In this document: positions 1 to 8,513 of the stretch, piece after piece
How positions within the stretch are numbered: the first letter of the stretch is position 1
Layout: every line of letters starts with the position of its first letter
Assembly: GCA_963845065.1 (NCBI GenBank)
Contig: CAWJQQ010000005.1
Coordinates: 320,001-384,000, forward strand
Direction of reading: 5' to 3'
From: Nitrospirota bacterium
GTDB lineage: Bacteria > Nitrospirota > UBA9217
Length of the DNA stretch: 64,000 nt
Notes under the pieces: generated by a model
Databases searched by the model: none
What the model saw: the letters and a program-made list of their open reading frames with translations, nothing else
What the model was told of the DNA's origin: nothing
Program-made: the position numbers and the translations under genes

Positions 1-13
1 TATCCACATTAAT

Positions 14-541
14 ATGATTATTGCCATACATGTCGGCCTTGTTCTCCTAGCTTTGCTTGTATTTGCTGTTGGATTGTTTCTGCCGAAAACGAAGTTCGCG
101 CAGAGGGTCGTGGAGTTTAATGCCGTGCCAGAGGAAATTTGGCGGATTGTTACCGAAATCGAGCAACAGCCCCGGTGGAGGACCAATCTGAAAAAGGTTG
201 AAATCCTGGAGCGCACCCTTGAGTATGAAATTTGGACTGAATATCCAGCAAACGGTGCGCCGTTGACCTTCAAGATGCTAAACAAAAGGCCCTTCGATTT
301 CTATGAAATGGAAATAGCGCGTTCCACCGTTTTCAGCGGACGCAGAATCATAGAGCTCAACGGATTGAATACCGACGTGACCAGGGTCACCATTGCTGAA
401 CAGGCGGAAATAAATAATCCTTTTATGAGAGTGCTGGCCCATCTGTCGTTCGATTTTGGGAGGACCATCGACCGGTACGTTAAGGACCTCGCCTCCGAGC
501 TGACGAGAAAACAAGAGAAATTGGAGAGCCAGACGTCGTGA
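14..541 (+). CDS. SRPBCC/START-like (polyketide cyclase family) protein with N-terminal membrane anchor
   Basis: 175-aa ORF; hydrophobic N-terminus then 'FNAVPEEIWRIVTEIEQQPRWR' typical of SRPBCC N-terminus; C-terminal amphipathic helix. Confidence 0.7.
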   Translation: MIIAIHVGLVLLALLVFAVGLFLPKTKFAQRVVEFNAVPEEIWRIVTEIEQQPRWRTNLKKVEILERTLEYEIWTEYPANGAPLTFKMLNKRPFDFYEMEIARSTVFSGRRIIELNGLNTDVTRVTIAEQAEINNPFMRVLAHLSFDFGRTIDRYVKDLASELTRKQEKLESQTS

Positions 542-605
542 TCGTGCCACAATTTTTATTGCCTTAGACGAGTTGGTCTTTCATAACTGCTGATGAAGTG
601 AAATC

Positions 606-1193
606 ATGGAATCTTTGAGAAAGACGCTTGAAAAAACCCTGCTGTTTTATGAAAATAAAGATTTCGACAACGCTGAGAAAGGTGCTGACTTGATGCTTGA
701 GGCCAATCCTGAATTTACCCGCGCGCTTTTTCTCAAAGCTGTAATCCTCGACGAAACAGGCAGGACTGACAAGGCGGAAGAGTATTACCGGAAAGCAGGT
801 TCGACGTCTCTTTTGTGGCTGCGGCTTGCTTTACAACTCCGGGAATCTGATCCTGAACGGGCGCTCCGATATTTTAATAAGGTGAAGGAGATAGATTCTG
901 AAAACAATCTCATATGGTTCAGCATGGGAGAACTTTATGAAAAGCTCAAACGTCCTGACCAGGCACGGAAATGCTTCAACAATATATCACTGATGAAGGA
1001 AATAGCGTCGAAGCTCCTGAGTCCTCTTGGTTTTCTTATCATCATGGTTGCCGTATCAATAGCGATGTTCAAGCGAGGGTATTTAGGTCTTGGTTCACTC
1101 ATGGTCTTATCGGGAATCGTTTGCCTGGTCTGGCTGAAGAGAGACGGCGGGCGAGTGATACAGATGATGCTGAGAAAGAAAAAGTACGCATGA
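606..1193 (+). CDS. TPR-repeat protein with two C-terminal TM helices
   Basis: TPR-like helices (A..YY.KA, ALRYFNKV..IDSEN..IWFSMGELYEKL...A.KCF) followed by two hydrophobic segments. Confidence 0.7.
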   Translation: MESLRKTLEKTLLFYENKDFDNAEKGADLMLEANPEFTRALFLKAVILDETGRTDKAEEYYRKAGSTSLLWLRLALQLRESDPERALRYFNKVKEIDSENNLIWFSMGELYEKLKRPDQARKCFNNISLMKEIASKLLSPLGFLIIMVAVSIAMFKRGYLGLGSLMVLSGIVCLVWLKRDGGRVIQMMLRKKKYA

Positions 1194-1335
1194 CAATGTC
1201 GGAAGCACGATTTTTCTGGTCGCCCAATCATTTCCCGTCTTCTTGTCTCTTGGTTGAAATTGTCCCTCAAGTCAACATCACCGCTTGCAGTTAATACACT
1301 TCCACGTAGATGATCGAATTGCGTGAGTATGGGTT

Positions 1336-1896
1336 ATGGACAAGGAACGTTCGCTTCGGAAAATTGCACGCGACATCAACCGATGCACTCTCTGTAAAAA
1401 GGGAGGTACGGGAAAAGCAGTTGCAGGTGAGGGGAATCCAGCTGCGGCTATCGTTCTAGTCGGTGAAGCACCGGGCAAGGAAGAGGCAAAGATCGGGAGG
1501 CCTTTCATAGGGAGGTCCGGTAAGTTTCTGCGCACGATTATAACAAGCATCGGACTGCTTGAGCAGGAAGTCTTCATTACGAGCTCTGTCCATTATCTTC
1601 CCCTGCGAGGAACTCCCAGAAAAGCAGCAATTATGCATGGCCGCCAACACTTATTACGCCAGATTGAGATTATCGATCCAAAGATCGTCGTTCTTCTTGG
1701 CAACACGGCATGCATTGCGCTGCTCTATAGCAAGCAGGAGCTTTCCAAGGTGCACGGCAAGATCGTTCGAAAAGACGGGAGAACATATTTCATCACTTTT
1801 CATCCGGCCTATGCTATGCGCTTCCCAGAAGGGAAGTTGAAATTTATCAATGATTTTGCAAAACTGAAAAGGATAATCAAAACGCTACGTGAATAA
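1336..1896 (+). CDS. Uracil-DNA glycosylase, family 4-like
   Basis: N-terminal CxxC, motif A GEAPGKEE, GRPFIGRSGKFL, motif B HPAYAMR. Confidence 0.85.
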   Translation: MDKERSLRKIARDINRCTLCKKGGTGKAVAGEGNPAAAIVLVGEAPGKEEAKIGRPFIGRSGKFLRTIITSIGLLEQEVFITSSVHYLPLRGTPRKAAIMHGRQHLLRQIEIIDPKIVVLLGNTACIALLYSKQELSKVHGKIVRKDGRTYFITFHPAYAMRFPEGKLKFINDFAKLKRIIKTLRE

Positions 1897-1929
1897 ATTG
1901 AGGAAGGATCATTTGTTGATATTTGTTCA

Positions 1930-1958
1930 TTGCCTCACGCTATCCGCTCTGGTATAAT
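1930..1958 (+). promoter_or_regulatory. sigma70-type promoter upstream of ferredoxin-lgt
   Basis: TTGCCT-17bp-TATAAT with TG extension. Confidence 0.55.
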
Positions 1959-1994
1959 AGCTGAAATTCCATGATTGGAAAGTACTTAGCGGAT

Positions 1995-2177
1995 ATGGCC
2001 ATTCCCAACATTGATTATAGTCTTTGCCAAGGCTGCGGCGGGTGTGCAGAGATGTTTCCAGATCTCTTTGAGATGCGTGACGACCGTGCTTGGGTGGTAA
2101 ATGCAGATAGTTTCAGCGTTGAGGACCGGCCGGGCATACTGACAGTGTGTCCTTACTATGCCATCTCTCTTGAGTAA
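1995..2177 (+). CDS. Small single-cluster ferredoxin
   Basis: CQGCGGC...P and distal CP motif; ~60 aa; ORF track starts at 1971, ATG at 1995 preferred. Confidence 0.8.
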   Translation: MAIPNIDYSLCQGCGGCAEMFPDLFEMRDDRAWVVNADSFSVEDRPGILTVCPYYAISLE

Positions 2178-2237
2178 TACAATGCGACAGACAGTTTTCC
2201 TCAGTTTTAGAATACTTTTGCAACATTACGGTTCCTT

Positions 2238-3083
2238 ATGATCCCCTATCCTAAAATAAATCCTGAGATTCTGCGTATTGGCCCTTTTGCCATCCGGTGG
2301 TATGGGCTCATGTATGCTGTCGGCTTTGCATCATCTTTTATTCTGGTCAGGCATCAAATATTACAACAGGATCGAAACCCGAGAGGCAAAGGCCAGGGGA
2401 AACAAGAAAAAGTGACGATACCTCTGGCATTCCTCGAATCGCTCTACACCTATTTGGTCTTCGGGCTTATTGTCGGTGCCCGGCTCGGCTATGTGTTGTT
2501 TTACGATCTCGCCAGTTATTGGAAAAACCCGATCGAGATTTTTGCGGTCTGGCACGGTGGTATGTCATTTCACGGCGGAATGATCGGCACGCTGGTCGCA
2601 GGTTTTCTGTGCTGTAGAAGACACAAAGTCGATTTCTGGACCGTGGCCGACCTGGTAGTGGTAACAGCTCCCATCGGTCTTGCAGCGGGAAGACTCGGGA
2701 ACTTTATTAATGGTGAGCTCTACGGCAGGGTAACTAATGTGCCCTGGGCCATGGTATTTCCAAACGGCGGGCCGCTGCCACGTCATCCATCGCAGCTCTA
2801 CGAATTTCTTCTTGAAGGCGTGCTGCTATTCACCATTCTTTGGTTAGCCAAGGACAGAAAGCATAAGCCGGGTATGATGACTGCCCTTACGCTTGTTCTC
2901 TATGGCCTATTCCGGTTCATTGTAGAGTTTTTCCGCCAGCCCGATGTCCAGCTCGGATTCGTTGTAGGACCTTTTACCATGGGCCAAATCTTGAGTGTTC
3001 TCACTTCACTGCTAGGCGTTGTTCTGATCTTCCTGCTGAAGAGAAAGCAACCGCAAAAGAAGCCACTGCCAAAAAAGGCATAG
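2238..3083 (+). CDS. lgt: Prolipoprotein diacylglyceryl transferase
   Basis: IRWYGLMY, GARLGYVLFY, GGMSFHGG, GRLGNFINGELYGR, RHPSQLYE motifs. Confidence 0.97.
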   Translation: MIPYPKINPEILRIGPFAIRWYGLMYAVGFASSFILVRHQILQQDRNPRGKGQGKQEKVTIPLAFLESLYTYLVFGLIVGARLGYVLFYDLASYWKNPIEIFAVWHGGMSFHGGMIGTLVAGFLCCRRHKVDFWTVADLVVVTAPIGLAAGRLGNFINGELYGRVTNVPWAMVFPNGGPLPRHPSQLYEFLLEGVLLFTILWLAKDRKHKPGMMTALTLVLYGLFRFIVEFFRQPDVQLGFVVGPFTMGQILSVLTSLLGVVLIFLLKRKQPQKKPLPKKA

Positions 3084-3109
3084 GCAGATGATTTCTCTTC
3101 CAACACTAT

Positions 3110-3157
3110 CGACCTATCCACAGAGAGCAACAGTTTTTAACGATGGGGAGAGGTCAA
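3110..3157 (+). mobile_element. IS200/IS605 single-hairpin scar (left-end/right-end chimera)
   Basis: First 39 nt align ungapped (30/39) to the left end of the 45512-47198 element, then end in a right-end tail GGGGAGAGGTCAA. Confidence 0.6.
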
Positions 3158-3281
3158 TGGTGCATCCTCGTAGACCAACCTTGCTTGTAGTATCCGCTAA
3201 ATTATTTCTCCTGCGATGAACGAGTTTTGTACAGAAGACGAATCAATATGCGCAGGAGGCAGACGGCATGAATCAGCTAGG

Positions 3282-4184
3282 TTATTCTTTTAGGACCGCG
3301 ACACTTTGGAGTGCTCTCAGAGGACCAAACGACTTTAAGCGTTCGAGCTGTTTTTCAGTGCGAACGAAGAATGATCCGGCAAAGGCAAGGGAGTTGATGG
3401 AAATGTCCTCGATAAATTCTCTTGACCGGGGGACAAGGAGCATCCACTCGCGTGTCATAAGAAAGCAGTAGGGCAGGGCCTGGCGAGTCTGCCTATTTGC
3501 CGCAGGAGGAGTCATTCCGACTTTCTTTAACATGGCGCTGTAAAACTCGAACGTTTTTTCAGCCGCAAGACGCGGTGATCTGACGAGTTCGGGTTCTAGT
3601 CTCTGAAAAGCGTGAAGGAATAAAAAGGCGGGAATAGTGCCCTTGTTGGCCCATTTGTTTTGATTAAACAGCGGCTCAATCGGTATTGGCGGTCCCTCGG
3701 GTGCCAAGGGAAGAGGCACGATCTGGAGATGCTTATGTTGCTGGCTTGCTCCTGCCTCGCGTCCAGCATTGTAGAACCCAAGGCAGTTGAATTCGGCCAT
3801 ACAGATCCAGAGTGCCTCAAAGTCGTTTGCAGTCAACAGCATCTCCTGATCTTCAAAGCGTCGTGTGACGATCAGGAGGTGATGATCAACTACATTGAAT
3901 TTATTTAAGATTGCGACATGAGTTTCGGATATGTCCGCAACCGTAAGGTCTTTCTCAGGCGGGAGAAAGGGATTGACCTGCTTTGTTGATGAAGCGACAG
4001 CTACCTCTTTTTTCCGCACCTCATCTTTGCGCAGCAGGCTGGCTAAAACCCTGACAAAAAAAAGAATGCCGCCGTCTTCAATGAATGTATATGTTGTAGG
4101 CGCCGGCAGGAGCACACCACCAGCCAGTGCCTGTTCCGTTGTAGCGACTATGCAATTCCACAGGGTACCTTTTTGCAAAAACAT
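3282..4184 (-). CDS. ATP adenylyltransferase / Ap4A phosphorylase (Apa2-like)
   Basis: NPFLP, LNKFNVV..HLLIVT, FYNAG..AGASQ.HKHLQ motifs; ORF track extends to 4223. Confidence 0.9.
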   Translation of the reverse strand: MFLQKGTLWNCIVATTEQALAGGVLLPAPTTYTFIEDGGILFFVRVLASLLRKDEVRKKEVAVASSTKQVNPFLPPEKDLTVADISETHVAILNKFNVVDHHLLIVTRRFEDQEMLLTANDFEALWICMAEFNCLGFYNAGREAGASQQHKHLQIVPLPLAPEGPPIPIEPLFNQNKWANKGTIPAFLFLHAFQRLEPELVRSPRLAAEKTFEFYSAMLKKVGMTPPAANRQTRQALPYCFLMTREWMLLVPRSREFIEDISINSLAFAGSFFVRTEKQLERLKSFGPLRALQSVAVLKE

Positions 4185-4303
4185 CTTTGTTTTTCCCGTC
4201 CGTCCGGTTCTGCTTCGAAACATTAAATAGAAAGTATAACATACGAGTGGGAAGGAAATCGAATGGAAACATAAAAAACGACGCAGTCACTTTTGCCAGT
4301 AAA

Positions 4304-4534
4304 TCACGCTGCCTCGTGTTTCAAGCGGTAGGTGATCCTTCCACGCTTGAAGTCATAAGGAGAGAGCTCAACCGTGACGCGATCGCCCGGTAGGATTTTG
4401 ATGTAATGTATGCGAAGCTTTCCGGACAGATGGGCAAGTATTACATAGCCCCGTTCCACTTCGACACGAAATAACGCATTGGGAAGGGCTTCAACTACTT
4501 TGCCCTGCACCTCTATTACGTCTTCCTTGGACAT
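4304..4534 (-). CDS. infA: Translation initiation factor IF-1
   Basis: [24 protein letters not shown]...[34 protein letters not shown]. Confidence 0.95.
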   Translation of the reverse strand: MSKEDVIEVQGKVVEALPNALFRVEVERGYVILAHLSGKLRIHYIKILPGDRVTVELSPYDFKRGRITYRLKHEAA

Positions 4535-4747
4535 CTTGTCCTGCCTTACTCTGCTATTTCCAGATCTGATCATTTTATCCTGCATGCTCACGATGAACGC
4601 ACATAATTATTATAGCTCATATTTCGGATTTCAGCGATGGATGTCAGCAACAGAGCAATCACGGCGGAAATAGGAAAAACAGAGAGAAAGATGACAAGAA
4701 GGAGTGGCATATTCGATAATGTGCTAGTGGCAGACAGAGGCAAATCT

Positions 4748-5677
4748 TTACTCTCCTCTACCCCTACGGTCCACGACATAGCAGCTTTCATTGGATTTCT
4801 TGGCGAGCTTTTTAAGTTCCGCCGCAACTTCCGCAACCTTGCCCGCGTGCTGCACATGAGGTTTGCTAGTCGGCACGACGGCAATCGATATTCCTAGAAG
4901 CGGGATCTTTTGCACTATGCCTTTCCGGTCCTTTGCAAGATAGTAGCCATTTGCCTTGTCTTCTTCTCCGAATACGTCCGACGCAATGACATTGAATTTG
5001 TCGATAATGATTTTACAGACCGCCTCTGCGTTCTCTAGCGGTGTAATAAAAACAAAGTCGTCTCCGCCTATGTGCCCTACGAAACCGCCCTCCTTTGACT
5101 CTTTCACCGTATTTAACATGATCCGGGCAACCATGCGTAGCACTTCGTCGCCCCGTGAAAAACCGTAGGTATCATTAAAGGGTTTGAAATTATTAATGTC
5201 GATGTAACATACCGCCATCGACTTACCGAGGGCTCGTTCGATGGCCAGCTGGATGGAGGTGTTTCCCGGAAGTTTGGTGAGAGGGTTATTGTCGAAGATC
5301 CGCTGCAAGCGCTGGAACGAAAGTAAAATGCGACTGAAGAGCTCGCTATAGTTAATCGGGAGTGAAACGAAGTCGTCCAGCGGGTACTGATCCCAGGCCG
5401 TTGTTTCAACGTCTGTTCCGGCGATGAGCCCCACAATGGGGACGACGCTGAAATAGCTGTCCTGCTTCAGGTCCCGTAAAATCTGTTTAAAAGACGGATC
5501 CTCCCCTGACAAATCGATCAGCACAAGATCAGGCGGGTCTGCATAGATAAAGCCGAGCACCTGCGACGGTTCGGGCAGGGACACGACCTGATAACCCTTG
5601 CTTTCGAGACGGAGTTCTAGATGCGCGTGCAAGGTGTGGTCCCGGGAGAGCAGTGCGATTCTACGTTTTGGATTCAT
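4748..5677 (-). CDS. Response regulator receiver + GGDEF diguanylate cyclase
   Basis: REC-like 'PPDLVLIDL'; NPLTKLPGN, DINNFKPFNDTYG..RGD, HIGGDDF. Confidence 0.9.
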   Translation of the reverse strand: MNPKRRIALLSRDHTLHAHLELRLESKGYQVVSLPEPSQVLGFIYADPPDLVLIDLSGEDPSFKQILRDLKQDSYFSVVPIVGLIAGTDVETTAWDQYPLDDFVSLPINYSELFSRILLSFQRLQRIFDNNPLTKLPGNTSIQLAIERALGKSMAVCYIDINNFKPFNDTYGFSRGDEVLRMVARIMLNTVKESKEGGFVGHIGGDDFVFITPLENAEAVCKIIIDKFNVIASDVFGEEDKANGYYLAKDRKGIVQKIPLLGISIAVVPTSKPHVQHAGKVAEVAAELKKLAKKSNESCYVVDRRGRGE

Positions 5678-6524
5678 CGTTTGCCTGAATTTCGAGGCTG
5701 AAATTTTTGACATCGACTAGTTTGTCCTCGATATCCACAATGATGGCTTCCAAAAGCGCCTCGTTCAGGCCGAGCTTTCGCCAGGCAATGGACTGAATCT
5801 GGGGAACCAAGTTGTCCCCGCTGAAGCCGAACCCTGATGCCTTGATTAGGACATCGGCGATGTGTACCACGGCAGTTTTGGTCTGATGAAGCGTGGACTT
5901 GTCCACCTGATGATGGAACGCAACAGGCTCGATCAATTTCTCCGGTAGGAGCCAAGAGCGGGCGAGCCACCCGCCAATCTCTGCGTGATCGGTTTCGAGC
6001 AGCTCTCGTTCGGCTTCGAGCAGGGTTACTCCCTCCTCTGCCATAAGCGAGGTGAGCTGATCGAAATCTTTTTCGAGCTTGATTTTAATGATTACTTTCC
6101 CGATGTCGTGCAAGAGCGCCGCTGTTGAAATCTCTTCGGGGTCGGGCAACTTAAGCGTCCGGGCAATAGTGTTTGCGGCAACCGCAACACCCATGGAGTG
6201 CTCCCATAAGCCGACGACATTTTTTTCCATGATATCGAAGATCGAGCTAGTGATAGCGAGGCTTTTTACGACGTTTACGCCGAGGAGTATGAGCGCATTC
6301 GAAACTGTGGAGACCCGTCCGGGAAATCCGTAAAACGCTGAATTTACGAGTCGCAAGACCTTTGCAGAAAGAACCTGGTCGGCTGAGACTACCTTGGCCA
6401 TCTCCTGCGCAGAAACTTTATCATTATCTGCGAGGGAGCCGAGTTTAGCAATGATTCCTGGTAGCGTAGGTAATGTCTTGGTATCGCGGATGATGGCTCG
6501 AATCGTGGACCGCTTATCTTCCAT
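5661..6524 (-). CDS. HDOD domain protein
   Basis: LPTLP, DQVLSAKVLRLVNSAFYG, LWEHS, ALLHDIGK, DHAEIGGWLARSWLLP. Confidence 0.92.
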   Translation of the reverse strand: MEDKRSTIRAIIRDTKTLPTLPGIIAKLGSLADNDKVSAQEMAKVVSADQVLSAKVLRLVNSAFYGFPGRVSTVSNALILLGVNVVKSLAITSSIFDIMEKNVVGLWEHSMGVAVAANTIARTLKLPDPEEISTAALLHDIGKVIIKIKLEKDFDQLTSLMAEEGVTLLEAERELLETDHAEIGGWLARSWLLPEKLIEPVAFHHQVDKSTLHQTKTAVVHIADVLIKASGFGFSGDNLVPQIQSIAWRKLGLNEALLEAIIVDIEDKLVDVKNFSLEIQANDESKT

Positions 6525-6843
6525 CGGTTTCTCCCATGGAGCGGAAAATCTGCTTTCTGTACATTTCTTTGACCTTCTTCATAAGGTCATCGTCCTCAAC
6601 TCGGCTGAACCGTTTATCGAGCTTAGCAAGCATATCTTCCAGAGTAGCATCACCTTCCACTTTCACGGGATGGCCTTCAACACTCACCGATTGGACGCCC
6701 ATTTGTGTTAAGCGCGAGATCAGCGACTCGGTAAGCTTAACGCCTTTGCCGCAGATTGTCATGCCCGACGGATTGTCGGAATTTTTTATTTCCTGAGCCA
6801 GCACCATGCCCGGTACTGCCTGTGTAATAGGTATTTTTTGCAT
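6514..6843 (-). CDS. Conserved hypothetical protein resembling the N-terminal module of HD-GYP/HDOD proteins
   Basis: 'MQKIPITQAVPGMVLAQEI...GVKLTESLISRLTQMGVQSVSV'; overlaps HDOD start, suggesting translational coupling. Confidence 0.7.
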   Translation of the reverse strand: MQKIPITQAVPGMVLAQEIKNSDNPSGMTICGKGVKLTESLISRLTQMGVQSVSVEGHPVKVEGDATLEDMLAKLDKRFSRVEDDDLMKKVKEMYRKQIFRSMGETDGR

Positions 6844-6885
6844 AAAATTATTAGTTCCTTGCGATCATTCTTCCGATAAAGTTAC

Positions 6886-6934
6886 GAAAACAGCGCCAGA
6901 AACCCCACATGCTTTAGCGGTGGGAGTGCGTCAA
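6886..6934 (+). mobile_element. IS200/IS605 single-hairpin scar (left-end/right-end chimera)
   Basis: TTAC|14 nt|AAAC, hairpin CCCCACATGCTTTAGCGGTGGG, tail AGTGCGTCAA; 5' part matches left end at 33592, 3' part matches right end at 34043. Confidence 0.65.
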
Positions 6935-7163
6935 CGGATTTACGACATGAATAAGTACCGTCTGCATAATCAGGGACCTGATACAACTCGGCCCGGGCTT
7001 CCCGATGAGCAACCGCCCGTTTGCTGCAAACGCCAGACATGAATTCATTTTTTATGCATAGGCAACTATGTCCGTTATTTAATAAATACTATACACGAAA
7101 AAAAAAGAGATTTGCGTTTTTTTTCTCTAAACATCGGCATGAAAAATACACAGGTACAAAGGG

Positions 7164-7209
7164 GACGCCTGCGAATTTCGGTGTAAACACATTAAAATTC
7201 GCAGGCGTC
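7164..7209. terminator. Strong hairpin, probable terminator of a minus-strand transcript
   Basis: Perfect 15-bp inverted repeat GACGCCTGCGAATTT/AAATTCGCAGGCGTC, 16-nt loop; followed by CCCTTTGT on minus strand. Confidence 0.6.
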
Positions 7210-7321
7210 GGGGGAGGTTTGTTTAAGACTATGATTCTGACTGTTAACGATCTTAGTTCAGCGAATAAACGATAATAATCTGACACTGACAGTAATATAT
7301 GATTTAGTTATTGCATAAAAC

Positions 7322-7336
7322 GCAATTTAATTGCCA
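7322..7336 (-). promoter_or_regulatory. sigma54 (-24/-12) promoter
   Basis: Minus strand TGGCAATTAAATTGC matches TGGCA-N6-TTGC with exact GG/GC spacing. Confidence 0.6.
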
Positions 7337-7578
7337 ATGTGTTTTTTCCATAAAATCGAGGAGTTATTTATAGAGAGAACGGGTGATCATGTCGAAATTC
7401 AGCATATGACGGCTGTCTTCGTAGTATTTTGGACTGGGGGAACGGTAGAAGGAATGCTACATGGAATTTGGTGAATTATGCATAGGAACAAACTTTGATT
7501 GACTTGAGCGGTTATAGGGAGAGGGAGTGCGACGGGTTGTAAAATGCAATCGTGAAATGCGTGTGTTTAATATTTGGT

Positions 7579-8508
7579 TTAAAGCTGTTCTATGATTGCC
7601 GCAGCGAGAAGGGGGAACATGATTTCATGGTGGCCGGTAAGCGCAAACCCTTTGCCACCCCCCTGGGTGGGTCTACGCACGACATTGGTATTTGGCCGGT
7701 AATGCTGGATAAAGTCCATATTGACTGTGGTGAAGTGCTGAAGTGGGTAGCCGAGGTTCCGGACCAAGGTTACGGCTTTGAGGAATATTTCCGGAAGAAG
7801 CACAGCGGAGCCGAGGTTGATGTAAACGCCGCCTTCGAGCTCAGAAACAAGTGAACAGAATGTCATAAAGTCATAATGTGCAGCAGCACCGGTGGCCTTA
7901 CCGTCAAAGGAAGGGTGCATATGAATGATATCGGTTCCAATTGCGACATGGACCGTTACGGGCATGTTCAAGCGAGTACCGGCCGCAAGCAGGCTTTTGT
8001 CCTTATAAGGGAAAGGGCCGGAGTTGATCATCCTCCCGACAGTCACGCCGATTCCTTCATCCGCTCCCGACGAGCGGATTGCAGAATTAAGCATGTTTCC
8101 AGTCTCTTCAGCCATGCCGAAAGCACCAGAAAGAATCTCCTTATCAACGTCTTCCGATGTCTGGCCGATGAATGCCAGTTCGAAATCGTGGATAATACCC
8201 GCACCGTTAAGTGATAGGCTTGTGATGATGCCGCGTTCCATGAGGTCGATGATGACAGGGCTTAGTCCGACTTTGATAGAATGGGCACCCATGCCGAGCA
8301 TCACCGGCCGCTTATCTTTGCGGGCCTGTACAATTGCGGCTACAACGTCCTTAAAATGCTGTGCGGCAAGAATGTTTGGGAGAGAGGAAAAAAAATCTTT
8401 AAAACTTGCTCCCTTATTGTGGGGACGGGAAAAATCATTGATCCGAACCTTGCTAGCACGGTTCTTGAGCGAATAGGATTTAATGCGTGAAATATCAATT
8501 TTTTTCAT
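7579..8508 (-). CDS. Deoxyhypusine synthase-like (DHS-fold) protein of unknown function
   Basis: GMGAHSIKVGL..IIDLMERG, NGAGIIHDFE, GSAVLLPE.FLKA, GHHEIMFPLL; coupled to gmhA. Confidence 0.65.
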   Translation of the reverse strand: MKKIDISRIKSYSLKNRASKVRINDFSRPHNKGASFKDFFSSLPNILAAQHFKDVVAAIVQARKDKRPVMLGMGAHSIKVGLSPVIIDLMERGIITSLSLNGAGIIHDFELAFIGQTSEDVDKEILSGAFGMAEETGNMLNSAIRSSGADEGIGVTVGRMINSGPFPYKDKSLLAAGTRLNMPVTVHVAIGTDIIHMHPSFDGKATGAAAHYDFMTFCSLVSELEGGVYINLGSAVLLPEIFLKAVTLVRNLGYPLQHFTTVNMDFIQHYRPNTNVVRRPTQGGGKGFALTGHHEIMFPLLAAAIIEQL

Positions 8509-8513
8509 AGGGC

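Noticed and set aside
1336..1896. UdgX
   Set aside because: Lacks the GEQPG motif and KRRIH loop.
4748..5677. Hypr (cGAMP-making) GGDEF
   Set aside because: Both this and the 29830 cyclase keep the guanine-selecting Asp (..RGDEVL, ..AGDEVL) rather than Ser/Thr.
6843..7330. c-di-GMP-I/II riboswitch, and the 65-aa ORF 7089-7286
   Set aside because: No recognisable riboswitch consensus; the ORF lacks an RBS and runs through the hairpin.
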